IMG/VR virus record: IMGVR_UViG_2925914267_000003
Coordinates: 1-43,959 of that record
Direction: 5' to 3' (one strand)
From: a virus
Taxonomy: Duplodnaviria; Heunggongvirae; Uroviricota; Caudoviricetes
DNA length: 43,959 nt
The position numbers and the translations under genes are program-made. Of this stretch, positions 10,790 to 24,990 are shown in pieces. The notes under the pieces were generated by a model. The model saw nothing but the letters and a program-made list of their open reading frames with translations, made no database searches and had not been told where the DNA came from. The stretch's first letter is position 1; each line of letters begins with the position of its first letter.

Positions 10790-13347
10790 CGTCCACCTCC
10801 GGAGAACAGGCCACCATCACGCATCTGTGTCTGAATTTCATCACGGGCACCCTTGCGGGCCATGTCATACACTGCTTTCATCATCTGTGGACCTGGCAGA
10901 CCATTCGTACCGTCGTTCTGAATCACCACGTTGTTGTTCTGCTCAAACCTGATACCCTCTGAACGCCGCATTTGCGCCGGACTTCCGGTGCCACCGACAT
11001 AACCGCCGGTGGCATAGCCGCGCATCAGCCGGTAGAGATTTCCCACGCCAATCCGGCTGGTTGCCTCCTTCGTGAAGACAAATTCACCACGGTGAACAAT
11101 CCCCGCTGGCTCATATTTGCCGCCGGTTCCCGTAAATCCTCCGGTTGCAAAATGGAATTTCGCCGCAGCGGCCTGAATGGCTGTACCGCCTGACGCGGAT
11201 GCGCCGCCACCAACAGCCCCGCCAATGGCGCTGCCGATACTCCCGACAATCCCCACCATTGCCTGCTTAAGCAGAATTTCTGTCATCATGGACAGCACGG
11301 AGCGGGTGAAGCTGCGCCAGTTCTGCTCACTGCCGGTCAGCATCGCCGCCATATTCTGTGCAATACCATCAAAGGTCTGCGTGGCTGCACTTTTAACCTG
11401 CGACATACTGTCCGTGGCGCTCTCTTCCCACTCACTCCAGCCGGACTTCAGGCCTGCCATCCAGCTCCCGCGAAGCTGGTCTTCAGCCGCCCAGGTCTTT
11501 TTCTGCTCTGACATGACGTTATTCAGCGCCAGCGGATTATCGCCATACTGTTCCTTCAGGCGCTGTTCCGTGGCTTCCCGTTCTGCCTGCCGGTCAGTCA
11601 GCCCCCGGCTTTTCGCATCAATGGCGGCCCGTTTTGCCCGTTGCTGCTGTGCGAATTTATCCGCCTGCTGCGCCAGCGCGTTCAGGTGCTCCTGATACGT
11701 AACCTTGTCGCCAAGTGCAGCCAGCTGGCGTTTGTACTCCAGCGTCTCATCTTTATGCGCCAGCAGGGATTTCTCCTGTGCAGACAGCTGGCGACGTTGC
11801 GCCGCCTCCTCCAGTACCGCGAACTGACTTTCTGCCTTCCACAAATCCCGGCGCTGCTGGCTGATTTTCTCATTCGCTCCGGCATGCTTCTCCAGCGTCC
11901 GGAGTTCAGCCTGAAGCGTCAGCAGGGCAGCATGAGCACTGTCTTCCTGACGATCGCCCGCAGACACTTTCACGCCGGACTGTTTCGGCTTTTTCAGCGT
12001 CGCTTCATAATCCTTTTTCGCCGCCGCCATCAGCGTGTTGTAATCTGCCTGCAGGATTTTCCCGTCTTTCAGTGCCTTGTTCAGTTCTTCCTGACGGGCG
12101 GTATATTTCTCCAGCGGCGTCTGCAGGCGTTCGTAAGCCTTCTGCGCCTCTTCGGTATATTTCAGCCGTGACGCTTCGGTATCGCTCTGCTGCTGCGCAT
12201 TTTTGTCCTGTTGAGTCTGCTGCTCAGCCTTCTTTCGGGCGGCTTCAAGCGCAAGACGGGCCTTTTCACGATCATCCCAGTAACGCGCCCGCGCTTCATC
12301 GTTAACAAAATAATCATCCTTGCGCAGATTCCAGATGTCGTCTGCTTTCTTAAACGCAGCCTCTGCCTTAATCAGCATCTCCTGCGCGGTATCAGGACGA
12401 TCAATATCCAGCACCGCATCCCACATGGATTTGAATGCCCGCGCAGTCCTGTCTGCCCAGGTCTCCAGCGTGCCCATGTTCTCTTTCAGGCGGCGGGTCT
12501 GGTCATCAAACCCTTTCGTTGCGGCCTCGTTCGCCGCCTGCAATGCCCCGGCTTCATCGCCGGAACGCTGCAACTGAGCAACATACGCAATCTGCTCCGC
12601 CGTCACGTTATGGAACTGGCGTGCCATCGCCGTCAGCCCCGACGTCGGGTCAGTGGTCAGCTTCCCGAAGGCTTCAGCGACCTTGTCCACCTCCACGCCG
12701 GATGCAGAGGAGAAACGCGCCACACTCTGGCTGATGGACGCAATCTGAGCCTCACCGCTTACCCCCGCCTTAACCAGTGCGCTGAGTGACTCGCTGGTCT
12801 GGTTAAACGTCAGCCCTGCCGCCTGCCCGGCTCTGGACAGGACCAGCATACGATCTGCCGTCAGCCCGGCCTGATTGCCGGAAAGGACCAGCGTTTTGTT
12901 GAAATCGGACAGGGTTGAGTTGCCCTGATACCAGGCATACGCCAGCGCACCGGTCGCCACCGCCAGCGAGGTGGCCCCCACCATCGGCAGGGTGATCGCA
13001 CCGGCAAGCCCCCTGAACATGGGGATCATCCCGCCGAAGGAGTCCTTCACCTGCCCCCCCTGTTGCAGCAGGATCAGCCACGGACTTTGCCCGCCTGCAA
13101 GCTGCGTGGCCACGTCGGTGAACTGTGCAGGCAGCATACGCATGGCGGCTTTATACTGCCCGACGGAAATCCCTGCTTTCTGTGCAGCCAGCGCCTGTCG
13201 GCTCAGCGACTGTTCAACGACTGCCGCTGTTCTTTTCGCATCACTTTCCGTACCGGAAAAATGACGCCTGACTCTGGCCATCTGCTCGTCAAATCTGGCC
13301 GCATCCAGACTCAAATCAACGACCAGATCGCCTACCGGTTCAGCCAT
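10786..13347 (-). CDS. H: tail tape measure protein H
   Basis: 853-aa ORF, helical/low-complexity tape-measure character; recognised as lambda H. Confidence 0.9.
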   Translation of the reverse strand: MAEPVGDLVVDLSLDAARFDEQMARVRRHFSGTESDAKRTAAVVEQSLSRQALAAQKAGISVGQYKAAMRMLPAQFTDVATQLAGGQSPWLILLQQGGQVKDSFGGMIPMFRGLAGAITLPMVGATSLAVATGALAYAWYQGNSTLSDFNKTLVLSGNQAGLTADRMLVLSRAGQAAGLTFNQTSESLSALVKAGVSGEAQIASISQSVARFSSASGVEVDKVAEAFGKLTTDPTSGLTAMARQFHNVTAEQIAYVAQLQRSGDEAGALQAANEAATKGFDDQTRRLKENMGTLETWADRTARAFKSMWDAVLDIDRPDTAQEMLIKAEAAFKKADDIWNLRKDDYFVNDEARARYWDDREKARLALEAARKKAEQQTQQDKNAQQQSDTEASRLKYTEEAQKAYERLQTPLEKYTARQEELNKALKDGKILQADYNTLMAAAKKDYEATLKKPKQSGVKVSAGDRQEDSAHAALLTLQAELRTLEKHAGANEKISQQRRDLWKAESQFAVLEEAAQRRQLSAQEKSLLAHKDETLEYKRQLAALGDKVTYQEHLNALAQQADKFAQQQRAKRAAIDAKSRGLTDRQAEREATEQRLKEQYGDNPLALNNVMSEQKKTWAAEDQLRGSWMAGLKSGWSEWEESATDSMSQVKSAATQTFDGIAQNMAAMLTGSEQNWRSFTRSVLSMMTEILLKQAMVGIVGSIGSAIGGAVGGGASASGGTAIQAAAAKFHFATGGFTGTGGKYEPAGIVHRGEFVFTKEATSRIGVGNLYRLMRGYATGGYVGGTGSPAQMRRSEGIRFEQNNNVVIQNDGTNGLPGPQMMKAVYDMARKGARDEIQTQMRDGGLFSGGGR

Positions 13348-13774
13348 ACCGGACTCCTCCTGCGATCCCTTCTGATACTGTCATCAGCATTACGTCATCC
13401 TCCGTCATGTCCGCCACATCCGGGGAAGCGGGGATAACTTCATTCCCGTCCGGGCCAAAGCGGACACCTCCGGCAAGCCCTGCCGCTTTCTGCATCAGCA
13501 CATCATCTTCAGGCTCTTCGTCAGCCTCGCGCCGGTTCAGCAGACTGAAATCCAGCGGATGCATATCCGGATCGCTGAAAAACAGGCTGAGCACGGTGTA
13601 CGTCAGCCCGGAAAAGTGCATATCCAGCAGAACATCATGAAAATAATGGGTACTGTAAAAGCGGTGCCAGTCGGCATACTCCGTGGATGACATCCCGGCA
13701 AGCATGGCACGCCAGTCGGGTCGCCCCATCTCACGCGCCAGTTTCAGGGCAAAACTCAGCTCACCGTCGAACAC
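13340..13774 (-). CDS. T: T-frame segment of tail assembly chaperone GT (made by -1 frameshift from G)
   Basis: 144-aa ORF in the -1 frame overlapping the 3' end of G; no independent start expected; lambda G/GT architecture. Confidence 0.8.
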   Translation of the reverse strand: MFDGELSFALKLAREMGRPDWRAMLAGMSSTEYADWHRFYSTHYFHDVLLDMHFSGLTYTVLSLFFSDPDMHPLDFSLLNRREADEEPEDDVLMQKAAGLAGGVRFGPDGNEVIPASPDVADMTEDDVMLMTVSEGIAGGVRYG

Positions 13775-14178
13775 TTTCCCGCAGAAACAGGCTCTGCGGG
13801 CCCGGCGTCCTCTGCCTGTTCAGGGGCATTATTCACCACAAACTCATACATACCAGACAGCCGGTACACCACGTTTTCAGCATGAGAAATTGCCTCTGTG
13901 GGCCAGGTGGTAAGCACTTCCTGCTCAATCTGTTTAACGGCTTCATTCATGGAAGGCTGCTTTGTCTTCTGCGGATGGTTATGCCACAGGGACATCGCCA
14001 CCAGAAACGCGCCGGTTCTGATGGCGTCTTCCACAGTAAACTTCCGGTTGCTGTCTGACTCCGCCTGTTCTGCCTGCCGTTTCATCAGGGCGAGATGCTC
14101 AATACGCTGCAGGGCTGACAGTTCAGAAAGCGTGACGGTCACACCGTTATGTTCAAATGATTCGGTTTTCAGGAACAT
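13756..14178 (-). CDS. G: tail assembly chaperone G
   Basis: 140-aa ORF recognised as lambda G; ends ...PVSAGKCSTVS, with the slippery heptamer inside the AGK codons. Confidence 0.85.
   Translation of the reverse strand: MFLKTESFEHNGVTVTLSELSALQRIEHLALMKRQAEQAESDSNRKFTVEDAIRTGAFLVAMSLWHNHPQKTKQPSMNEAVKQIEQEVLTTWPTEAISHAENVVYRLSGMYEFVVNNAPEQAEDAGPAEPVSAGKCSTVS
13774..13780 (-). other. programmed -1 ribosomal frameshift slippery heptamer G GGA AAG
   Basis: + strand reads ctttccc (reverse complement GGGAAAG) within codons GCG GGA AAG of G, exactly at the G/T frame overlap. Confidence 0.75.
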
Positions 14179-14193
14179 CTCTGACTCTCCGGA

Positions 14194-14934
14194 TTAACTG
14201 GCGGTGACGGTGATTTCTGCAACCGCAGCAAACTCACCATTACCGGATACAATCGGAATGTTGACCTTGCCTGCAGCAACGCCATTCACGGTGATGGTCA
14301 TACCACTGACCGACACGGTGGCTTTTGTTTTATCCGCTGACACCGCACGGAAGCTCTTGTCGGTTGCGCCTTCCGGCTGGAATGCCACGGTCAGCGTGGT
14401 GCTCTTCCCTTTCACTACGGAAGCGCTGGCTGGCGTCACGGTCATACCGGTTACCGCTGTTACCGTGCTGCGATCTTCTGCCATCGACGGACGTCCCACA
14501 TTGGTGACTTTCACCGTGCGGGTGATCACTTCCTTCGCCGTCACCGCCTTACCGATACTGCTGACCCAGCCGCGGAACACATCGACCGTGCCGTTCGGGA
14601 AGCGGATTTTATAGGCACGGGTATCACCTTCATTAAACCACGCCAGCAGCGCCTGCTGCCCCTGCTCTCCGGGCATCCACGCCAGCGTGAAGCTGGTATC
14701 TCCGGCGGATTTCTGCCCCTGTCCGGTCGCGGCCCAGTCCGCATCTTCATCATCGAGATAACTGTCGTCATAGGACTCAGCGGTCAGTTCGCCGGGCGTC
14801 AGGTCTTTAACCTTTGCCAGACGCGACCAGTCATTGTCTGAAAGCGGGTTTGCATAAGGGTCGCCGCTCCCGTTATAAACCCACAGGGTGGTCCCGGCCC
14901 CTTTCACCGGTGCCAGAGGATTTGGTGTTGGCAT
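14194..14934 (-). CDS. V: major tail protein V
   Basis: track ORF 14194-14964 trimmed to the internal Met ([20 protein letters not shown]...) matching lambda V start; C-terminal Ig-like domain. Confidence 0.9.
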   Translation of the reverse strand: MPTPNPLAPVKGAGTTLWVYNGSGDPYANPLSDNDWSRLAKVKDLTPGELTAESYDDSYLDDEDADWAATGQGQKSAGDTSFTLAWMPGEQGQQALLAWFNEGDTRAYKIRFPNGTVDVFRGWVSSIGKAVTAKEVITRTVKVTNVGRPSMAEDRSTVTAVTGMTVTPASASVVKGKSTTLTVAFQPEGATDKSFRAVSADKTKATVSVSGMTITVNGVAAGKVNIPIVSGNGEFAAVAEITVTAS

Positions 14935-14941
14935 ATCGTCC

Positions 14942-15337
14942 TCACATTTCATAGGTAATGACATAAGTCAGATCGGCTGAACTCCACAGGCCCGCATCAT
15001 CGTCGCGCCGGTAGTCATAGCCGCTGGCCACCATACTGGTGATCAAATCTGACAGTGCCGGGATATCGCTCATCACCGGATAAATCCGGGACTCCATCCA
15101 CGCATCCAGCTCTGAATCCGGCACCTGAGCAGGCAGGAAAACTTCGATATGCAGCTCCGCTTGCCAGGTATCGCTGTCCAGCTCTTCGCCCGTGTATTCA
15201 GCGCCGGTGAGATAAACGGCAACTGCCGGAAAATCCGCCTCATCAAAAACAGCGGGGCGACCATCAAAAAGCGTCGCCCCGGTGTCATGCTTCTCCAGTG
15301 CATCCAGTACGGCTGCACGGAGTTCAGTATGTTTCAT
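14942..15337 (-). CDS. U: tail terminator protein U
   Basis: 131-aa ORF recognised as lambda U. Confidence 0.9.
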   Translation of the reverse strand: MKHTELRAAVLDALEKHDTGATLFDGRPAVFDEADFPAVAVYLTGAEYTGEELDSDTWQAELHIEVFLPAQVPDSELDAWMESRIYPVMSDIPALSDLITSMVASGYDYRRDDDAGLWSSADLTYVITYEM

Positions 15338-15912
15338 CGCTTTATTACCATTCTCAGTTGATGCTGCAGCGCATAGCCCAGCTCTTTCGGAAGACGTTCA
15401 CGCCGTATCCGTTCAATATTCTGTTTAAACGCCGTGGTAAGCGGCACCGCCATCGGGATTTTCACCACATCAATGGGGTAACGGTTTTTCCCGGCCACAC
15501 GCTGCATGACATGCCACCGGCCATTTTTCAGTTGCTGAATAAACGCGCCGGGAATACGACGGTTTCCCACCACAAGCACGCTGCCGCCACCTTTCAGGGA
15601 TGAACGCTGCCCCTTTTTACGACGTCTGCGGCGGGAAAGGACAACCCGCGCGTTACCCAGCTTGATTACGGGCAAATCCCCCCGGTTAACCCTGATTCTG
15701 GCCTGCGGATTTTTGACCGTGGCCCTTTTCAGCCTGGCCCTTTCCTTTACCAGTTTCCGGCGTACCTTTGTCTCACGGGCAACCTGTGCCACCGACTGCG
15801 ATATCGCGGATGACGCAACGCGGTTAATGGCCATTGCGGCGGCACCGGGCACCGCCGTTCTGCTGATACGGCTGAGGTTTTCAACGGCCTGCTCAAGACC
15901 TTTTATGGCCAT
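15334..15912 (-). CDS. Z: tail completion protein Z
   Basis: 192-aa ORF recognised as lambda Z; 4-nt overlap with U. Confidence 0.9.
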   Translation of the reverse strand: MAIKGLEQAVENLSRISRTAVPGAAAMAINRVASSAISQSVAQVARETKVRRKLVKERARLKRATVKNPQARIRVNRGDLPVIKLGNARVVLSRRRRRKKGQRSSLKGGGSVLVVGNRRIPGAFIQQLKNGRWHVMQRVAGKNRYPIDVVKIPMAVPLTTAFKQNIERIRRERLPKELGYALQHQLRMVIKR

Positions 15913-15923
15913 ACATCCCCCTT

Positions 15924-16277
15924 TCAGCGGCGACGGTTAACGGCAGGCGGTACGCCCCGCCCAAGCCAGAGATGACAGCTTCCGCCATCATCCGGCGAAA
16001 TCCGGTCTATCCAGAAGTTTTCCTCACCGATGGTCAGCGTGTCGCCGCGCCGCAGCTGCCGCACATCATCAGTCCGGACAAACAGGGACGGGCTGGAGCC
16101 TTCAACGCGCACGCCCTGTCCGGCATAGCTGATATTTTCAGGGTCATCAAAAACACCACGTATCACAGCACCGGACTGCTCACCGGATGTCATGGTGGCT
16201 GACGTTCCCATGTACCCGCGTATCGTTTCATCGGCGCAGGCAATGGCAGCATCGAACAGGTTATCGAAATCAGCCAC
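15924..16277 (-). CDS. FII: head-tail connector protein FII
   Basis: 117-aa ORF recognised as lambda FII. Confidence 0.85.
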   Translation of the reverse strand: MADFDNLFDAAIACADETIRGYMGTSATMTSGEQSGAVIRGVFDDPENISYAGQGVRVEGSSPSLFVRTDDVRQLRRGDTLTIGEENFWIDRISPDDGGSCHLWLGRGVPPAVNRRR

Positions 16278-16288
16278 AGCGCCTCCCG

Positions 16289-16681
16289 TTATTGCATTCT
16301 GGCCAGGCCGCGCTCTGTCATTTCAGCTGCCACACCGGCAGAGACACGGAACGCCGTTCCCGGCAGCACAAATGCCACAGCCTCATCCCGCGTGGCGTGA
16401 AGTGCATCAGTATGCAGCGTCACCAGTGCCACAACCGTGACCAGATCAGCCGTATCAGTCACGGTATCCGGCTGCGCTGATACAACCTCATTTTCATGTC
16501 CGGTCAGCACATTTTCCAGGCTGAGAGGGGTATCCTGATCGGCAGTGTCGCCCGTGTCATCAAGCTCTTCTTCCAGCTCTGCCACACGGAGCGCCAGTTC
16601 TTCTTTCGTCCCCGTCAGGCTGATATCACGGTTCAGTTGTTCACCCAGCGAGCGGAGACGGGCAATCAGTTCATCTTTCGT
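16289..16681 (-). CDS. FI: DNA packaging protein FI
   Basis: track ORF trimmed to internal Met MTKDELIARL... (lambda FI start). Confidence 0.85.
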   Translation of the reverse strand, partial: TKDELIARLRSLGEQLNRDISLTGTKEELALRVAELEEELDDTGDTADQDTPLSLENVLTGHENEVVSAQPDTVTDTADLVTVVALVTLHTDALHATRDEAVAFVLPGTAFRVSAGVAAEMTERGLARMQ

Positions 16682-16725
16682 CATGGACTCCTCCACAGAG
16701 AAACAATGGCCCCGAAGGGCCATGA

Positions 16726-17751
16726 TTACGCCAGTTGAACGGACACGAACTCATCAGGATCAGCCAGCAGCATCAGCGGTGCTGACTGAATCATGGTGAA
16801 CTCACGCGCCGGATCGCCGGTAGTCACCCAGTTTTTCGGGTAACGGGCAGAGGCGTTAATGCCTTCGCGCTGTGCATCCGCATCCTGAATGCAGCCATAG
16901 GTGCGCAGACCGCGAGCCTGAGTGTTCCCCAGCACCATCGTGTTGTCCGGCAGGAAGTTCTTTTTGACGCCGTTTTCCACGTACTGTCCGGAATACACGA
17001 CGATGGCCACATCGCCATACATTCCCTTATAGGACACCGCTTTGCCCAGGTCTTTTACCGCTGTCTCCAGCTCGGAATGAGAGCCGCGACGGGTATCCAG
17101 CTTCTCCTTGACGGCTTTGAAGGAACGGAACAGCGCCCAGCCTTTCGGATCAAACACGATGATATTCACCACACCGCTGGCGTTCAGCGCGTAGGCTTCG
17201 ATATCGTCGGTCGGGTCATACGTGGACTTGTCACGCTTGCTCCACTCCGTGCCGCCGGACTGCGTGATGTTATTCGCCTCACTGCGGCCCATATCCACCT
17301 CAACCGGATCGAAGGCTTCACCGGTCATGGTATATTTGCCCTTAAGCACGGCAGAAACTGCCTGCATCTCTTCGACCTGAGCAATGGCCAGCTCTTCGTC
17401 ACGCATGTTCTGCATGATGATGCGACGGCGGCGGTAAGCCGGGTCCGCCAGATTCTGCGGATCTTCATCCGGCAGGCGACGCAGGGTCATCTGCGGATTC
17501 ACTTCATGCTTGGGTTTGACATATCCCGGCGTAAATTCAGAGGTGGAGCCGCCACGGGAACGGATAACCTCACCGGAAACAATCGGCGAAACGTACAGCG
17601 CCATGTTTACCAGTCCCGGAATTTGTGAGAGATAGACTTTCTCCGTAGTGAAGGGATAGCTCTCACGGAAAAAGAGACGCAGAAACAGCGGATCAAACTT
17701 AAATTTCTGCTCATTTGCCGCCAGCAGCTGGGCGGTTGTGTACATCGACAT
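16726..17751 (-). CDS. E: major capsid protein E
   Basis: track ORF trimmed to MSMYTTAQLL...; recognised as lambda E (341 aa). Confidence 0.92.
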   Translation of the reverse strand: MSMYTTAQLLAANEQKFKFDPLFLRLFFRESYPFTTEKVYLSQIPGLVNMALYVSPIVSGEVIRSRGGSTSEFTPGYVKPKHEVNPQMTLRRLPDEDPQNLADPAYRRRRIIMQNMRDEELAIAQVEEMQAVSAVLKGKYTMTGEAFDPVEVDMGRSEANNITQSGGTEWSKRDKSTYDPTDDIEAYALNASGVVNIIVFDPKGWALFRSFKAVKEKLDTRRGSHSELETAVKDLGKAVSYKGMYGDVAIVVYSGQYVENGVKKNFLPDNTMVLGNTQARGLRTYGCIQDADAQREGINASARYPKNWVTTGDPAREFTMIQSAPLMLLADPDEFVSVQLA

Positions 17752-17806
17752 AAAAAAATCCCGTAAAAAAAGCCGCACAGGCGGCCTTTAGTGATGAAGG
17801 GTAAAG

Positions 17807-18139
17807 TTAAACGATGCTGATTGCCGTTCCGGCAAACGCGGTCCGTTTTTTCGTCTCGTCGCTGGCAGCCTCCGGCCAGAGCACATCCTCATAACGGAAC
17901 GTGCCGGACTTGTAGAACGTCAGCGTGGTGCTGGTCTGGTCAGCAGCAACCGCAAGAATGCCAACGGCAGCACCGTCGGTGGTGCCATCCCACGCAACCA
18001 GCTTACGGCTGGAGGTGTCCAGCATCAGCGGGGTCATTGCAGGCGCTTTCGCACTCAATCCGCCGGGCGCGGTTGCGGTATGAGCCGGGTCACTGTTGCC
18101 CTGCGGCTGGTAATGGGTAAAGGTTTCTTTGCTCGTCAT
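17807..18139 (-). CDS. D: capsid decoration protein D
   Basis: track ORF trimmed to [14 protein letters not shown]...; recognised as lambda D (110 aa). Confidence 0.92.
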
Positions 18140-18148
18140 AAACATCCC

Positions 18149-18754
18149 TTACACTGGTGTGTTCAGCAAATCGTTAACGGCATCAGATGCCGGGTTACCT
18201 GCAGCCAGCGGTGCCGGTGCCCCCTGCATCAGACGATCCAGCGCAGTGTCACTGCGCGCCTGTGCACTCTGTGGTGCTGCGGCCAGAATGCGGCGGGCCG
18301 TTTTCACGGTCATACCGGGGGTTTCTGCCAGCACGCGTGCCTGTTCTTCGCGTCCGTGAGCCTCCTCACAGTTGAGGATCCCCATAATGCGGCTGTTTTC
18401 TGCCGCAACCGCTGCGGTGATCTGCGCGTTCACGTCCGGCTGCGCCGCGCTGGCGTTCTCGCCCTCCGTCGCTGGCACCACGTCAGTAACGTCAGCCTGC
18501 GAAGCAGTGGCTGAAACAGTTGTTGATTGAGTCTCTTTGGTCATTCGCCCTCCTGAGAGACGGGATTTACGTGCATCCAGTGCATCACGCATGACGGTGA
18601 TCGCATCGGTGCTGTTAACAAGTTCATCAGCCAGTCCGGCATCAATGGCCTCCTGACCGCTGTACACTGCAGCCTCGGTATCCAGCACAGCCTGCACGGA
18701 CAGGCCGGTATATGCCGACACCTTCTGTGCAAACATCCGGCGGGTTGCATCCAT
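18149..18754 (-). CDS. Nu3: capsid scaffolding protein Nu3 (nested in-frame in the 3' third of C)
   Basis: in-frame internal Met (MDATRRMFAQ...) exactly 201 codons from the shared stop, matching the lambda C/Nu3 nested arrangement. Confidence 0.6.
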   Translation of the reverse strand: MDATRRMFAQKVSAYTGLSVQAVLDTEAAVYSGQEAIDAGLADELVNSTDAITVMRDALDARKSRLSGGRMTKETQSTTVSATASQADVTDVVPATEGENASAAQPDVNAQITAAVAAENSRIMGILNCEEAHGREEQARVLAETPGMTVKTARRILAAAPQSAQARSDTALDRLMQGAPAPLAAGNPASDAVNDLLNTPV

Positions 18755-19448
18755 CCGGGACTGCAGTGTCTCCCGGACGTCATCAGGAAGATGGCTGTAG
18801 GGGTTGCCATCCACCTTATGGCTGCCGCTGTAAATCAGCGTGATTTCCACCCCCTGTTTCTCCAGCGCAGCACCGTAATTACTGTGAGCCATCATGACGC
18901 CGATGGAGCCTGTCCGGGCGGTCTGTGTGACCAGACGCCGGGAGGCGGCGCTGGCAAGCAGCTGACCTGCACTGCAGTTCATGTCGTTGGCCAGCGCCCA
19001 TACCGGTTTTATGTCACGCACACGGGCGATGATGTCAGCACAGTCAAATGCTCCCGCCACCATCCCGCCGGGCGTGTCCATATCCAGCAGAATGCCGTCC
19101 ACCATCGGGTCGCTGGCAGCCTGTTGCAGACGGGCGATAATGCCGTTGTAACCGGTCATCCCCGAATACGGCTTCAGCGCCCGCGTCCGGCTGACCAGCG
19201 TGCCGGACACCGGCAGCACGGCGATGCCGTTCATGACCTGATAACTGCGGGCCTGTCGTGGTCCGTCACCATCACCGGATAACGCCAGCGTCGCGGGTGC
19301 CTCTCCGGCAGTCAGGCTGTCGCCGGACACCGCATCCGTCAGGCGGCTGATCCCAAGCTGGCCTGCAAGCGCACAAAAGAAAACCCGCGCATAGGCGGGT
19401 TCAAGCATCAGCGGCTCATTAAAAGCCATGCTGGCAATATGCGGGAGA

Positions 19449-19468
<20 letters not shown>
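18149..19468 (-). CDS. C: capsid assembly protease C (S49/ClpP-like)
   Basis: track ORF 18149-19603 begins at an upstream GTG; lambda-C-equivalent start is the in-frame codon for V46 (VTAELRNLPHIAS...), giving 439 aa and a 20-nt overlap with B as in lambda. Confidence 0.85.
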
Positions 19469-23149
<3,681 letters not shown>

Positions 23150-23175
<26 letters not shown>

Positions 23176-23695
23176 TCAGCAACCCCGGTATCAGTTCATC
23201 CAGCGCGGCTGCTTTGTTCATGGCTTTGATGATATCCCGTTTCAGGAAATCAACATGTCGGTTTTCCAGTTCCGGAAAACGCCGCTGTACCGAGAGAGGG
23301 ATCCCGTCAAGAATACTGGCAATTTCACCTGCGATCCGTGACAGCACGAAAGTACAGAATGCGGTTTCCACCACTTCTGCGGAGTCTCTGGCATTCTTCA
23401 GCTCCTGTGCGTCGGCCTGCGCACGCGTAAGTCGATGGCGTTCGTACTCAATAGTCCCAGGCTGGAGATCTGCCTCACTGGCAGCCCTGTAATCCTCAAC
23501 CTCTTTACGGAGTTTTTCATTTTCGATATCAGCCTCCCTCTGCGCATACCACTGAATTGCCATGGAGGTATCAAATACAGATTCAACGCCCTTACCACCT
23601 CCGGAGACGCAAGGGAGTCCCTGAGACTGCCAGCGTTCAATCGTTCGCGGATCCACGTTGAAAATTTCGGTAAGTTTCTTTTTATTAACCTTCAT
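23150..23695 (-). CDS. Nu1: terminase small subunit Nu1
   Basis: 181-aa ORF; C-terminal two-thirds recognised as lambda Nu1, N-terminal wHTH cosB-binding region divergent ([28 protein letters not shown]...). Confidence 0.9.
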
Positions 23696-23839
23696 GAAAC
23701 AGTCTCACAACAAACACAGGGTCCGACATGAAAGTGCCCGAAAATGACTTTTTTAGGCGTTTTCATGTCGGACCTTTTACCGATTCGATATTAGAAAAAA
23801 CAAATAGTTATGTTCGAGAAGTACCGACATGATTTTCCC

Positions 23840-23900
23840 CGGAAAATTTTCATAAATAGCGAAAACCCGCGCGCCTTCCGCCCCGTGGCAGGCCACCCCA
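23840..23900 (-). other. cos site (cosN region), uncut in the prophage
   Basis: minus strand reads ...GGGTCCTTCCGGTGGGGTGGCCTGCCACG GGGCGGAAGGCG CGCGGGTTTTCGCTATTTATGAAAATTTTCC..., closely matching the lambda cos junction as remembered (right end ...ACGGGTCCTTTCCGG..., left end GGGCGGCGACCTCGCGGGTTTTCGCTATTTATGAAAATTTTCC); about 190 bp upstream of Nu1. Confidence 0.65.
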
Positions 23901-24279
23901 CCGGAAGGACCCGCACAAATGAGAGCGTTTGTCATTAACATTTACAGATAAGATGACGTACATCATTGAAACGCCATTCAGCCATATACCGGCAGCATTC
24001 GTAGTTGCACTCCGTAACTCTGCGACTTAGGTTAAAAACATGGCCCTCTTTTGCCACCGGCAAATCTTCAATGGATTTCCCCTGCCGGTTTTTTATTTTC
24101 GTCGATGCATAACATTGCATTTACATCAATAGCGGCTATTGTCATTAGTATGTTGCATCAATGCATGGGTGGTATTGGCGGTCTTCGCCGGCCGGTTCTG
24201 TGTAGCTGCTCCCTGTGACCGGTTTTTTATTTCTCACATTACAGCACCCCCTTAGAGTGAAGGGCTGCTGTAATGCCTG

Positions 24280-24678
24280 TTACTCACGAATCAGGCGAGC
24301 ACTCTTACTATTCATTTCAATACGCGAATACTGCGGATTACCATCAATGATGTCTGTCATTACGAACACCTCACCCGGCTGCAGTTCAACTGCACCTTCC
24401 GGTGATTTCATACCGGCAAATACCGGACAGCCCGGATGGCGATCATCTTCTGTTGCTTCCAGCATTGACTCACCAAACCACGCCGTTGTGGCACGACCAT
24501 CAGCAGCCTTGTAGTGGATCAAGTACTGGTTTTCGCCATCCGCATACTGCGCGCGAGCTTTAACCTCACCCCATTCATCACTGATGCGCATCTCCACCAG
24601 TTGTGACAGTTCAAACTTAAACGGAACAGCCACAGCACCAATTGCAACCGGTTTGTTTTCTGTTTTTTCCATCATCAT
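24280..24678 (-). CDS. hypothetical protein, last gene of late operon before cos
   Basis: 132-aa track ORF, acidic, no recognisable motif. Confidence 0.45.
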   Translation of the reverse strand: MMMEKTENKPVAIGAVAVPFKFELSQLVEMRISDEWGEVKARAQYADGENQYLIHYKAADGRATTAWFGESMLEATEDDRHPGCPVFAGMKSPEGAVELQPGEVFVMTDIIDGNPQYSRIEMNSKSARLIRE

Positions 24679-24734
24679 CTCCAGATATAAAAAAGCCCCG
24701 CATTTGCGGGGCTACAAACAGGCATCACAGCCAG

Positions 24735-24980
24735 TTAGCTAAGTCCGACAGACATAAAATCATCACTACCTAAACGATGGGAACCATAACGAACTTCATA
24801 CTCCCCATTCAATTCAGAGCGTTTAGACTTTGCGCCATCCTCCGTTGCATAAATGCCGACCAGATGCCAGGGTTTGTCACGTACTACAGCCCAACCAAGA
24901 ACCCATCCCTGATTATCAGGATCAGCCTTCAGGTTATTTTCTACAAACATAGTGTTCTCCTTTTGGGTACCCAGAGACAT
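24735..24980 (-). CDS. hypothetical protein
   Basis: 81-aa track ORF; Trp-rich; no recognisable motif. Confidence 0.4.
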   Translation of the reverse strand: MSLGTQKENTMFVENNLKADPDNQGWVLGWAVVRDKPWHLVGIYATEDGAKSKRSELNGEYEVRYGSHRLGSDDFMSVGLS

Positions 24981-24990
24981 TCTATGTCAT

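Noticed and set aside
11177-12789. Several 170-190-aa + strand ORFs inside the tape measure gene H
   Set aside because: Antisense to H; Cys/Arg/Ser-rich low-complexity translations without ribosome binding sites
23701-23940. Small + strand ORF (about 34 codons) and the 61-aa minus-strand ORF 23935-24120 around cos
   Set aside because: They lie within the cos/cosB regulatory DNA, lack SD sequences, and the inverted repeat there is better explained as a protein-binding or structural site
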